In this document: piece by piece, positions 27,698 through 40,100 of the stretch | Layout of the letters: each line of letters begins with the position of its first letter | Numbering within the stretch: position 1 is the stretch's first letter | Assembly (NCBI RefSeq): GCF_001194135.2 | Contig: NC_068992.1 | Span: 34,366,108-34,430,107, forward strand | Source: Octopus bimaculoides | Taxonomy: Eukaryota | Reading direction: 5' to 3' | DNA: 64,000 nt | Made by a program: the position numbers and the translations under genes | The notes under the pieces: generated by a model | What the model was told of the DNA's origin: nothing | Seen by the model: the letters and a program-made list of their open reading frames with translations, nothing else | Database searches by the model: none

Positions 27698-27775
27698 TCC
27701 TTCATCAGCTGCCACCATTCTAAAACTAAGCGTTTCGAAGAGTTAGGGCAGGACGCATTGTTAGAATTGCTCTTC
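27698..27775 (-). ncRNA. Candidate rearranged (non-circularly permuted) hammerhead ribozyme, core intact
   Basis: Minus strand 5'-GCGT C CTGCC ctaa CTCTTC GAA ACGC ttagt TTAGAATGGT GGCAG CTGATGA AGG-3': stem III GCGT/ACGC, stem I CTGCC/GGCAG, GUC triplet, weak stem II. Confidence 0.6.
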
Positions 27776-28511
27776 CCATGGAAGCAAATTAAGTTTGTAG
27801 TGTGGAGGTATTATCGTGGCGAACAGAAATCATGGCAGGAAAACAAAACAGTGAAAATAAATAAGAGCTAGAATGATAGCAACTGATGAAGGAAATATTC
27901 TCTATGTGGCCTGGGCGTTTTCTGTACTCTGTTTATGTTCTGTTTTTCATTTTGTCCACGTTTTTTGTAACGTCCTGTACCCAGATATGCATCTATGTAT
28001 ACATGTACGTATATATGTATATACTCACATATTATTTGTATTATTACATGATCGAACGCACGAATCATCTTTGCAAGTAAGTTTTAACTTTATATTTCTG
28101 AAACGACTATATATCTTTGTATCTTTCTCCCCCTCTCGTTCTTCCTTCTGTTGTTCTTTGCCTCTACCCTTTACTACTATATCTCTCTCTCTTCCTCCCT
28201 GTCTCTCGTTGCTCACCTATATTCTACTTCCACCCCTTTTTTTCTTTCTCTATCACTCTTTCTCCTTACCCCTCGCTGGTCACGTGTGTCCAGCTTCTGC
28301 CTCCTTTCTTATCTTGGCTACTGCCAAGCCAGCGCGAACTTCTTTTCTCTCCCTTCAAGTTCGTCTCATCACAGCATTCAGTATACATATATATTTTTTC
28401 ACGTCTGGCCCTACCAGCCCTTCTTGCTTATTTTCACTGTTTCGTTTTCTTGTCATGTTTTCTGTTCGCCACGATATTCCTCCGCACTACAAACTTAATT
28501 TGTTTCTCCGG

Positions 28512-28590
28512 GAAGAGCCATTCTAACAATGCGTCCTGCCCTAACTCTTCGAAACGCTTAGTTTTAGAATGGTGGCTGCTGGTGAAGGAA
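28512..28590 (+). ncRNA. Second copy of the candidate rearranged hammerhead, core mutated
   Basis: Same sequence but GGCTG in stem I and CTGGTGA core; 10-bp flanking helix GCCATTCTAA/TTAGAATGGT. Confidence 0.5.
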
Positions 28591-28762
28591 ATGTTCTCTA
28601 TGTGGCCATTGTGTTTTCTGTACTCTGTTTATGTCCTGTTTTTCATTTTGTCCACATTTTTTTGTAACGTCCTGTACCCAAATATGCATCCATATATACA
28701 TGTAGATGTAGGTATGTATATATGCATATACTCACATATTATTTGTATAATTACATGATCGA

Positions 28763-30104
28763 ATTCACAGGGCCTTAGAGTCAACCTAGCTAAAACCAAA
28801 ATCCCAATAAGTAGGAAGGTAGATAAAACACAAACCCCTTCAGGTAGATGGCCCTGCTCAGTATGTAGAAAAGGACTAGGTAGTAACTCTATAAGATGTA
28901 CCCGGTGCAAGCTATGGACATATAAGAGGTGCAGCAACATCAAAGGCAGGTTAGCTAGGAAGTTAGTTTTTGTTTGTGGCAGATGTTCAGGTGCAATAAA
29001 AACTGTAAACAAACAGGAAACAACTTCTATCTCATTCCAGGGTGATAAACTAGAGGTAGTCGATAGCTTCCGCTATCTGNNNNNNNNNNNNNNNNNNNNN
29101 NNNNNNNNNNNNNNNNNNNNNNNNNNNNNNNNNNNNNNNNNNNNNNNNNNNNNNNNNNNNNNNNNNNNNNNNNNNNNNNNNNNNNNNNNNNNNNNNNNNN
29201 NNNNNNNNNNNNNNNNNNNNNNNNNNNNNNNNNNNNNNNNNNNNNNNNNNNNNNNNNNNNNNNNNNNNNNNNNNNNNNNNNNNNNNNNNNNNNNNNNNNN
29301 NNNNNNNNNNNNNNNNNNNNNNNNNNNNNNNNNNNNNNNNNNNNNNNNNNNNNNNNNNNNNNNNNNNNNNNNNNNNNNNNNNNNNNNNNNNNNNNNNNNN
29401 NNNNNNNNNNNNNNNNNNNNNNNNNNNNNNNNNNNNNNNNNNNNNNNNNNNNNNNNNNNNNNNNNNNNNNNNNNNNNNNNNNNNNNNNNNNNNNNNNNNN
29501 NNNNNNNNNNNNNNNNNNNNNNNNNNNNNNNNNNNNNNNNNNNNNNNNNNNNNNNNNNNNNNNNNNNNNNNNNNNNNNNNNNNNNNNNNNNNNNNNNNNN
29601 NNNNNNNNNNNNNNNNNNNNNNNNNNNNNNNNNNNNNNNNNNNNNNNNNNNNNNNNNNNNNNNNNNNNNNNNNNNNNNNNNNNNNNNNNNNNNNNNNNNN
29701 NNNNNNNNNNNNNNNNNNNNNNNNNNNNNNNNNNNNNNNNNNNNNNNNNNNNNNNNNNNNNNNNNNNNNNNNNNNNNNNNNNNNNNNNNNNNNNNNNNNN
29801 NNNNNNNNNNNNNNNNNNNNNNNNNNNNNNNNNNNNNNNNNNNNNNNNNNNNNNNNNNNNNNNNNNNNNNNNNNNNNNNNNNNNNNNNNNNNNNNNNNNN
29901 NNNNNNNNNNNNNNNNNNNNNNNNNNNNNNNNNNNNNNNNNNNNNNNNNNNNNNNNNNNNNNNNNNNNNNNNNNCTGTAGAAACTCTGCCAAATTTAGAT
30001 TGGAGCCTGATGTTGTCATCCGGTTTCACCAGTCCTCAGTCAAATCGTCCAACCCATGCTAGCATGGAAAGCGGACGTTAAACGATGATGATGATGATGA
30101 TGAT
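28763..30104 (+). mobile_element. 5'-truncated RTE LINE spanning an assembly gap
   Basis: Open frame 28771-29079 GLRVNLAKTKI...WPCSVC...CTRC..C...CGRC...LEVVDSFRYL; RTE 3' end and (GAT)n tail at 29975-30104. Continuity across the gap is inferred. Confidence 0.8.
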
Positions 30105-30912
30105 CATGTATGTGTGCATGTATTTAAGAAAACAAAAAATTTTAAAGATGATAAAAGCAAAAGCTAAATGGATAAAGGTTAAAAGTTCAATTATTTTTGA
30201 TAGTGGTTTGGTCAAGGACTTTATTTTTATGTGTATGATTGTATATATATGTGTATCTTTATTTTGTGGAGAATTGTATTCATACACACATGTGCGTGCA
30301 TGTATGTGCGTGCATGTATGTGTGTGCATGTATGTGTGTGTATAGCAGGAGATAGAAAAATGGAGGTGGTGAGATAAAATTTCTTGTCTCTCGTTCAAAA
30401 GGGAAAATCTCTTTGCAATGGCACCCATTCAGGTTTTGGACAAACACAAACACACACCCGCGCACACATACACACATATATACACACATACACAAATACA
30501 CACACACACACACACATGCGCACACAGACATACACACACACGGGGCTATAGTAGGAGACATTTGATGTCACACACTGGTGCTAAATTCAGAAACATATAG
30601 CTAAGGAACAAAGTTCCTACCACACAGACAAGATTGTGTCTTACAATAGAGCTTATGGAAAAAATATAATTGGTAAGTATATAACCAGCTTCTGAAAATT
30701 TCTAATTAATAATTATTATTAATTTGCATTTTATGTATATCTCTTTCAGCGTAACAACATGCAACAAATAAAAGTTTCTTTGGGATCTTTGCCAGAATAT
30801 ATTTAAAAGGCATAGGTAGTTTAGATGTAGTTAAAATTTATAGTTTAACAACACCCAACTCAATTTCAGTAAGAAATAATGTTTTACCTCGTTTTTCTTT
30901 TTTGTTGTTCTA

Positions 30913-31168
30913 TCAACTAATCTCATCTCCTAATATACCACAAAGACATTTTATCCACTGTAATCGGAGTGGAGTAGGCCCTTGGAATCCTCCTCTCACC
31001 TTGGTGTTATATGTTTCCTTATTTTATTTTTTTTGTGTGTGTGTGCTAACAACTTGTCTTGGCTCCTAGTATATTAGGCATAAAAAAACAGCCACTATTC
31101 TGATCTCCTAATATGCCACAAAGGAGTAAAAAGTCCTCTGCAGTATATTAGGAGGTGAGATTAGTTGA
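30913..31168. repeat. 26-bp inverted repeat pair flanking ~200 bp (small MITE-like element)
   Basis: tcaactaatctcatctcctaatatac (30913-30938) versus gtatattaggaggtgagattagttga (31143-31168), 25/26 complementary. Confidence 0.6.
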
Positions 31169-34100
31169 TTGCACCTGAAAACAAAATGAGGAAAAAAAAT
31201 ATCTCCGAAGTGGTGGGGAGGGAATGTCCAAGGTGAAAGTTGACTGGGAACCTGGGACCCTCCAAAATTGTTGCCAATTGGGCTCCACACCTCCTAAGTG
31301 GCCTTTTCCAAGTGGCCTTTTCTGATCTCTTGGATACCATTCAGCAAGTGCACAGGTCCATTTGTTGTCTGTGAACCTTGTACCATGTCAAACCTAACAG
31401 AAGTGGTGCTTTCAGTATTCTGTAATGACATCATTCATTTTGTGCTATTATTGAATCATCTCATTTCAAATTTGCTCTCATAATGATATTCCTCCCATTT
31501 GGTTTTAACCTTGTTAATTTTTATATTTATATGTCACATAAAATTGATGAAATCAGATGTAACTAAATATGGTGTGTATACAAAGAATTTGCCTCAGTAA
31601 AATGGGGAAGATGTATTTATTACACCTAGATATAGTGTTGTTAAGGATGATAACCAAATAAAGTGGATAGAATAGCGAAGTTCCTGTGATTTGCACTTTT
31701 AAGACGTCAACAAAGGAAGAAACACCAACATAAACGGAACCATATTAATTACAGAGAATAAATCTGTCATAGCTATAAGCTATGTTAAAAATTTAAAGAG
31801 TTCTCTATGGCTACATTAATTGCTATTCAATCAAAATTATGATTCCATTAAGATGTGTGAATTGACAAAAAGTTTGCACAGCATGATTAAAGAAACCAAA
31901 TGTATACTCTTGGAATCTAAGAGCAAAATGTATTTTCAAATCCTTTTTGAAAGCCATTTAACTTCACTTACAATGATAATGAAACATTATATATAGAAAT
32001 ACTTACCATTGTTCTTGTTCACAAGAAACTAATTCTTGATCAGACAAGAGTGGCAAGTTATTCAATTTGATTAAATATTAGAGTTAGAATATTTAATGAA
32101 ATTCTTGCATTTAGATTAGGCTCAAATCCTATAAGTTTATAGTCCAATATCTTTTGAGCCTATTCACTTCTTTCATTTCCTGGAAATAATTTCAGTTTTT
32201 ATTGGAGACCAGTAAACAACTGTTACCTGACAAAAATGCTAGCAAAACTTAGGATTTGAAAATGAATGCATTAGTAAAATGTTTATTGTCTTTTGATTCC
32301 AGAAGCAAATTGAAATACATGTTTCTCCTTAGAGCAATATTCTATTTTGTCTACCTAAAATAACATGTTCTATTCTGTATTATAAGTAGTGCTATAGTCT
32401 CTCAATAAGATGATGAACATTTTGACAACATATTCCATATTTTCAAATTTTAAATTTCCATGCATTTTCGTCTAGTATCAATTTTTCATTAGCACCCAAT
32501 AACAATTAAAATTGTTTCCAATAAATGAAAAAGTGAAAAGAACTAGAGGATAGATTTTTGTACTATCAACATATTGGTCTTTAGCTCAATCTAAATAAAA
32601 ATATGATAAAGTGACAGTAAGCTACATAATGCATAATATATTCTGTATCATTGACATTCTCATCACATCAGTAAAATATGAAGAAACTGAATTCATATAC
32701 TGAAACTTTTGCTTTGTATGTGAATTATCCCAAGATCAAAACATAAAGTTTTATACTTTAGGGTTGGCAGACATCAGAATTAGTGGAGATGTGAAGAAAA
32801 TGTTTTGCAGTATATATTACTTCCATTTACCTTATTTCAAATACTGTAAGAGTTGAATTTGATAAGCAGGGATCCAGAACAAAGATCAGCTGAATGGACA
32901 ACATCCTTCTTCAAGAGATTTTGTCTTGCACTAATATTAAAATTATTATTGACATCATTCTTGTAGAATATACAGTTTAGATATTTAGAGTTAAAGGTAT
33001 TTGCATATACATCCCTATTTATTTGTCTGTCTGTCTGTCCATCTATCCATCTATCTATCTATCTATCTATCTATCCATCTATCCATCTATCCATCCATCC
33101 ATCTATCCACCTACACATCTGTCCATGCATTCATCCCTTCATACATGCGTATATATAATACGTTTTTTTTTTTAGTTAGTATTAAGATATGTTAGAATTA
33201 AAAGGCTCTATCTCTATGGCTATCTGCCATTCTCAACAACAAATCAATTACAAGCATTCGACTCTGCCTGCTGTGTCGTAGTTAGTAAAAGTATTTATTT
33301 ATGGACGATATCAACAGTAAAAAAGCAAATAAAGATGATGATAACTATAAAGATATATTTGTCTGAATATAGAATAACCTATTGTATATGGGTGCAGCAA
33401 AAAGTAATAACAAAGAATATATAAATGGCAAAATGGAAGCCATATCTGTTCTGATGGAAGTACACAGAAGACAGTTCTGAAAAGCAGGCTTCAGTCAGTT
33501 AACAATATATAATAAAAGTAACTTACTGCATATTATATAGTTCCTGTTTAATCAGCTTGTTTGTCTGCATTCAAGAAAAATATTTTTCACGACTACATTT
33601 TGAAAATCAAATGGTAACATCCATCTATATATGTGGTACCATGGCAAAAGTCTTTTGTTAGTACTATAAGAATATTCTCTCGAATGAATTGATAATTCCT
33701 TGGCATGACCAGACTTTGCCAAAGTGTAGTATTCTGCAGAGTTTGTCTCTCTGTTTAGTCATTCACATGGATTAACAACCTCTATAGTTCAATTCTAGAA
33801 TAATTAATGGGGTATTTCCAGCGAGTGAACAGCTAATGTGAACTCTTGTGAAAATGGATCATTAAAGCACACTTCAATAGAAATTCATTGAAAAGCAAAA
33901 ACTGCCCTAAATTCTTCAGACCTATCATTTCCATTCATCTTGCTAGGTTTTATTTCCAACTGCTATTTCTGCTATTTCAACTAATACAATGTAAGTTTTA
34001 CGATACCCACATAATAAAATAAATTTGTGTATTTGTTTCAGTAAGCAGCTAAGGACATGTTTAGGATTAAAATTAGGGCAAACAGCAATAATTACGTATT

Positions 34101-34749
34101 TCTACTTACATCTTAATATATTATCAATCTGTCTGTGAGGCTGTTCAGTTTTACTAGATATGCTACTGGAATGGTATTTGCTTTACTATTGCAGAGTGAG
34201 AAGAGCCACAATAGATGCAGTTGAATATTATAGGTAGTTTGCTTTCATAGAACTATAGTTAATTCAGGAGCCTCTACATCCTTGTCTACTGCTGTAGGTC
34301 ATCCTTCTTAAAATGAGAAAATCCTACACTTCATCCATCACTTTTCTTAGACTTTGGCTGATGCAACCATTTTCAAACAGCAAAAATTACTTGTGAGTGC
34401 TTTAAGAACATACTAGTGGGGGCTTCCAATTGGAAATTTTTCCCCACCTAGATATGCTTAGAGTAAATATGAAATATGAAATTGGTGCCTGAGATATTAT
34501 ACCTTCTTTTAGGTAAGTTTTGGTCTCTGATTCTAAATATGCCATTAATATTTTTCCACCACCTCTAGTTACTGAGATATAATATAACCCTAACTTTAAT
34601 GCATACAACCAATTGGACACTAAGATTGATGTCTACAAATAATTATTTTTGCCTTCTGGATTAATAAAACGAATTCATACATATGTAGATTTCTCTTATT
34701 TATGAAGAATTTACATTAGAGAATAAAATAATAATGAAATAAGTTCATT

Positions 34750-36130
34750 TACTTAGATATCTCATAAAAAGTGGCACTTCAAAGACTTCTTGCAGTGAGC
34801 TGCACCAGGGCAATCACTTTGAATAGACCAGTAGTAATCTGCCATCCTGTAGGCATCTCAGTGTCCCTGTGATCTTTCTTCCATAGTTCTTAAATCTTGG
34901 TGGAATTGTCCCCTCTGCTCTTCACTTAGGTCACCAAGGTTTTCTGGGAAACAATCCAAGAGGATACTCATTGTACAGCCAAGTTAAAAGAAAGAAGATA
35001 GCATTCTCTCTACTAGTTCAGTGTAATTATCTGCTCTATAGTTCCCAAGAAAATTCTGTACAACCATAGTGAAAGAAGACCATGCATCTGCCTCAGTATT
35101 GTTCCTTGAATCTTTGAAATGTGGATCTTTTGTGAGTTCTCTAATTTGTAGACTGTCGAAAATACCTGCCTTCAGCTTCTCCACTCTCAGCACTGGAAAT
35201 TTACTGCAGATGTAGCTGAAGCATCTCCCCTCTTTGTTCAGATCTTTTACACAATGTTTCATTAAACCTAATTTGGTGTGTAGTGGTGGTAAAATGATCT
35301 CATTCTGGTCAACTAATGGTTCTGAAATAACATTCTTTCTCTTACCACCATGTTTTCTCTCAGAGGCCACTGTTATTTTGTCCCATGCCCATCCTTAGAT
35401 CTACTATCCCAGAGACAGATAAAGCAGGGATATTTAGAGTATCCACTCTGCTAGCCCAGGAGAAAATTCCCCATCTTCAGATCCACACACATTGACCTGG
35501 TGACCCTGGTATGATATTTTCTGCAGGACCAGGGCAATTGTCTTTTGCTCTTCAGTCATCTTAGTTGAGTGACCAGTTGAGATTGATCCATATTTGTTTC
35601 CATTGTGCAGAAGCACACATTTTAAGCTCCAGTTAGAACTGTCTATGAACAGCTGCCATTCGCTTGGTAGATATTGTGATATGCCCATTTTCATCAGCAA
35701 GCCTTGAAAATTGTTGTGAAATGAACAGCAGCAAATCTCTTTCTTTATTGCAATAATATATGATTTTGGTTTCTGGATGCAATAAATTCTTCTCTGCTCG
35801 TCTAGAAACAAACAATTTTGCTTATTTAGCTCCCTGACGAGGTCGTTGAGCTCTGGCTGATTAAAAATTTGTGCCACTGATGAGGTCTCTTCAAAATCAC
35901 TGACATCATGACTATTGTTTACAGGTGAAGAACAAGATTCATCTTCTAGATTAATGAATGATGGAATAGGTATTTCATCTGAGTGTACAATAAGTCTTTT
36001 GCTGAGTCTAAGTCAGGATACATCCATTTACTCTGATTATGTCCATTAATGCCCTTTATGTTAACCAGACAGAAGTAACAATCTTCATTGTGATTCCTCT
36101 GTTCTCTCCATACCACAGATATACAAAATT
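34750..36130 (-). mobile_element. DDE transposase pseudogene, Chapaev3 (CMC)-like
   Basis: Minus strand in order: WRE...EDCYFC, WQLFIDSS..SLKCVLLHNGNKY (35434-35877), LPPLHTKLGLMK...KAGIFD..QIREL (34984-35370), FPENLGDLSEEQ..FHQD...MADY.W. The family label is from recall of this motif set. Confidence 0.7.
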
Positions 36131-36771
36131 TAATATATTACAGACCATTTCCAATTCTATAATAACCCTGTCAGTGGCTTATCCCAGATTCGTGTGCAAA
36201 CAGCTGTACATTATCTCAAAAAGCAGAGCTGCTAGAAAAAAAATGAAGGACACATTTTTATTCAGAGGATTGAATATACCTAAAATCAGATCTAAAACCT
36301 GAGGCACCAAAAGACTTTTTTTGATTTGTTCTCCAGTGTTATTAGACAAGATTTGGCAAGCCATAGGATTGCACCAAGCTCTTGTCTACTTTGGTATGGT
36401 TTCTACAGTTGGATACACTTCCTAACAGTAACCACTTTATAGAATGTACTGAGTGCTTTTTACATGGCACTAGTGAAGTTATCAAGTACCTTGCAAGATA
36501 AGAACCCTCAATTAAAGTGAGGAGTAGTATTTATGAAAGTAGCTTTGTGCCAAGTGATGAGAAGTTAAAGTATGATAGATATGGCAATTACAATTAAAAG
36601 TGAGAAATAATAACTATTACACTATTACAATTAAATCTATTGAATTATATATACTGTTTCGACTTCTTTGTGGTCATCCTTGGTGGTGGATACTCATCCA
36701 CTAGCGATAACAGTAGTTCATTCCAGCTTGCAATATATAGAAAACAAGTAGCACTCAGTCGTTGATCTTGC

Positions 36772-37173
36772 AACAAGCAAATTAACTAGTCAAGAAAATC
36801 TCTATAAGAGATGAAAGCAGTAATTATACTGAGAAATAATTTTTGTTGCCGACCAAACATGGCTGTTCCATTGGGACCAACATTACTGTTTATTTTAACA
36901 CCAGGAGGATATCTCCTTCAGTAGTTTATTCAATTCAATCTGCACCACCAGGGATGATCATGAAGAGGTCGAAACCATACAGTCTGGTGGCCGCATGGCT
37001 GGGAGACGGTAGGGGTTCACTCCCCTGCTTGCAATATATATTGGGTGCAGATTGCATCAAATAAACAACTGGAGCAGTAACTTCTGTTTCTATGGAGCAG
37101 CCATGTTTAAGTGGCAATAATAATTACTGCTTTCATCTATGATAGATTTTCTTAACTAGCTAATTTGCTTGTT
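36772..37173. repeat. ~400-bp foldback element with long imperfect inverted arms
   Basis: aacaagcaaattaactagtcaagaaaatc..gatgaaagcagtaattat..aaacatggctg versus its reverse complement at 37050-37173; inner pair caatctgcacc/ggtgcagattg. Confidence 0.65.
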
Positions 37174-37180
37174 TCATATA

Positions 37181-40100
37181 TCATCATCGTCGTCATTGTA
37201 ATCGTTGTCGTCATCATCATCATCATCACTTAACATCCACTCTCCATGCTGGCATGGGTGGGACGGTTTCCAAGAGCTGGCTAAGCAGAAGTTTGCACCA
37301 GATCTTGCAATTGTTTTGGCAGGATTTTTACAGCTGGATTCCCTCCCTAACACCAACTACTCAGCTGAATGGATTTAGTGCTTTTATGTGGCACAAGCAC
37401 AGGCAAGATCAGTTTTGGCAAGGTTTTTACACCAACCACTTTACAGTGTGTACTGGGTGCTTTTAAGTGGCACCTGCACTAACACGGTCAACCAGTATTT
37501 GCAAAACAAAAAAAGTCTCTTTTGAGGGAGGAGGTGATCTTGACACACAGAGACAGAAACGGGTGTTATGCTGTAGAGGAGGTACAAGGCTACCTGGGTT
37601 GAGTGGGGGAGAGAGAGAGAGATATTCGGAATGAAGACAGAAACAGGCGCACTGCCGCAAAGGAATTACATGGTTACCCAACCTGAGAGAAGTGCAAGGG
37701 TAGGAGAGAGAGAGAGTGGGAGACAGCAAGATAGAGATGGTGGCAAAGTATCAGGCATACTCAAAAGGGACGGGGATCAGAATATAAATAGGATGGTTGA
37801 GTAAAGGAAGAAAGAGAGATATTGATCATGGCAAGTGCTAGGGCATACTTTGAGGTTCAGATGTTATAATATAAGTAGGAGGATATTGCGAGGAAACATG
37901 ATTAGAGAGTGCAAAGGGGGTGGCAAAAACCTGGGTATATATAGAGTCAGAGGGCTACTGGATAGTAATGATGCAGAGGAAGAAGGCCATGATGTCAGGA
38001 TTGGGAAGTGATAGGTAGGCTTAATGTATGAAGGAGGAAAAGTGAGGAAGAGAAGAGATGTAGAGATATAGATTGGTTTGTTGGGGTAGGTGTGTGAAAC
38101 GTTTTCTTGTTACATGTGTGTGTAACATACAGGTCGGGGCTAGCAGAAAGCAATGATACAGTGAGACAGAGCCAAGAGGACAGGATTGGGGAGTAAGAGG
38201 TAAACATAGTGTATGAAGGGGAAATGCAAGGAAGTGAAGAGATGTAGTTTGGTTTGTTGTGGCAGAGTGTGTGAGAAGTTTTCTTGTTAAATGTGGATGG
38301 GACACAGCGATTCTAGAACTCAGTTATGCTGATGTGGGCTGGTCTTCTCAAGAACCTTATATTGCCAGACATCTCAGTTAATATCCTGAGATCAGTCCTT
38401 ACCACTTCATCCCATATCTTCCTGGGTCTCTCTCTCCCATCAGTACCATCCAGTTTCAGTGATTCATACATCTATATGCAGCTGTCCTCATTCATACACA
38501 TCACATATCCAAACCAACATAGTCTTCTCTCTTGCATGCTACATTTAATTCCTCTTATGCCCAACTTTTCTCTCAATACATTTGCACTTTGTCGTACATG
38601 CACACTGATGTTGCACACCCAACAGAGTATACAGCCTTCATTTTTCACCATGTCTTCTGCATTCAGAGCCCATGTCTCACTACCATGGAGTATAGCCGTT
38701 CACACACATGCAACATACAGTCTACCTTTCACTCTGAAAGAGAGTCCTTTTGCTGCCAACAGAGGTAATAGCTCTCTGATCTTCTTTCACCCTATTCTTA
38801 TTCTAGAAACAATACATTCAGAGCATCCTCCACCATTACTAATTTGGTCACCTAGGTAAGAGAAACTATCTACAAACTCGAGAGAGCCTCTTGAGTATTT
38901 GAGAGAATCTAAGTCACATTCACTCTTAGTACTTATCTGCACATCTGCCACATACAAAGACAACTTTATCTGTTAATCAACCTGTGATTCCACTGTAACT
39001 CTTATGCGTCCATATTTTACACTGGGTGCAGCAAATGGAATTTCTTCCAACTACTTTCTTACATATTGAGCAGAACCATTTACTTGATGGAAAGAGAGTT
39101 TTATCTTCTTTCTTACTAACAACAACTGGGTTAACTTTATGGCCTGAAGGACTACAATGAGAACTGAACCCTAGTGAACGCCTACATGTACATTAAATTT
39201 ATCACTGTATGCATGGCTGACTCTCACCTTACTGACAGCACCATTGTACATGACTTGTACAGCTCTAACAAGCCACTCCTAACTTCCTTAGTGGGGAACT
39301 CTGTCAAAAGCTTTCTCCAGGTCAACAAAAGCTAAGTATGATGGCTTACTTTTGGCCAAATACTTTTCCTGCAGCTGCCTAACTAGGAAGATGGCATATA
39401 TGGTACTCTTCCCAGGTACAAAACAAAACTGCATCTCATCTAGTTTAACTTTATTTCTAATCAATTGAGCTATAACCCTCGCAGTAACTTTCATGAGTTG
39501 GTCTAGCAATTTAATGCCTCTGTAGTTGTTTCTGTCTCAGGCATCACCTTTACCCTTGTAGTAGCTAATTATAATGCTACTACACCAGTCATTGGGTATG
39601 GTACCTTCCTGAATAACCTGATTAACTATATGGGTGACTAAGTTGTATCCTACACCACCAGAAATTTTAGTCATCTCAGCAGTGATTCTTGATGGCCCAG
39701 AGACTTTCCCTGTCTTCATGTCCTTAATTGCCTTATCTATTATGCTGCTATCAACTCTGGTAGCTGGTCCCTCAATTGGTTTGACATTTAGTAGACTCTC
39801 CTTCTCCCATTCATTTTCCACATTTAGTAGCCTTTCATTGTGACACTTCCATGCATTTTTCTTCTCTGAGTCACTAAGTGCAAGCATACCACTATCTAAT
39901 CACACGCATTTCTCATCTACTACACCTCTATTCACTCTGATACACTGCTTTGCAATCCTAAACACCTTACACCTCTGATCCTCATGCTACAGAACACTTG
40001 CATATCTCTTACCTTCAGCTACTCCTTTTGCTATGTATACCTGACGCTTAGCTGCCCTTTTGGCTACTTGATATAATTCTCTGCTTCCACCATTTTTCCA

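Larger units (their letters stand above)
27510..28762. mobile_element. Non-coding repeat with direct (~696-bp period) and inverted terminal copies; non-autonomous PLE/retrozyme-like
   Basis: 27868-28060 repeats at 28564-28762; 27510-27860 is an inverted copy of 28425-28750; hammerhead core motifs lie in the repeats. Confidence 0.7.

Noticed and set aside
27873-28758. 217-aa and 213-aa ORFs
   Set aside because: They run through CT-rich low-complexity and TA/TG-rich repeat sequence, are open in several frames and show no domain; typical chance ORFs.
29027-30029. 318-330-aa ORFs, and likewise those at 58328-59021 and 42631-42912
   Set aside because: They are mostly X residues from N gaps.
30730-30810. 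Strong acceptor followed by RNNMQQIKVSLGSLPEYI*
   Set aside because: There is no homology or upstream partner evidence; it could only be an unsupported terminal exon.
38326-38859. 177-aa ORF and similar ORFs antisense to the RTE copies (e.g. 44950-45273, 45695-46042)
   Set aside because: They are shadows of LINE coding sequence on the opposite strand, with no independent homology evident.
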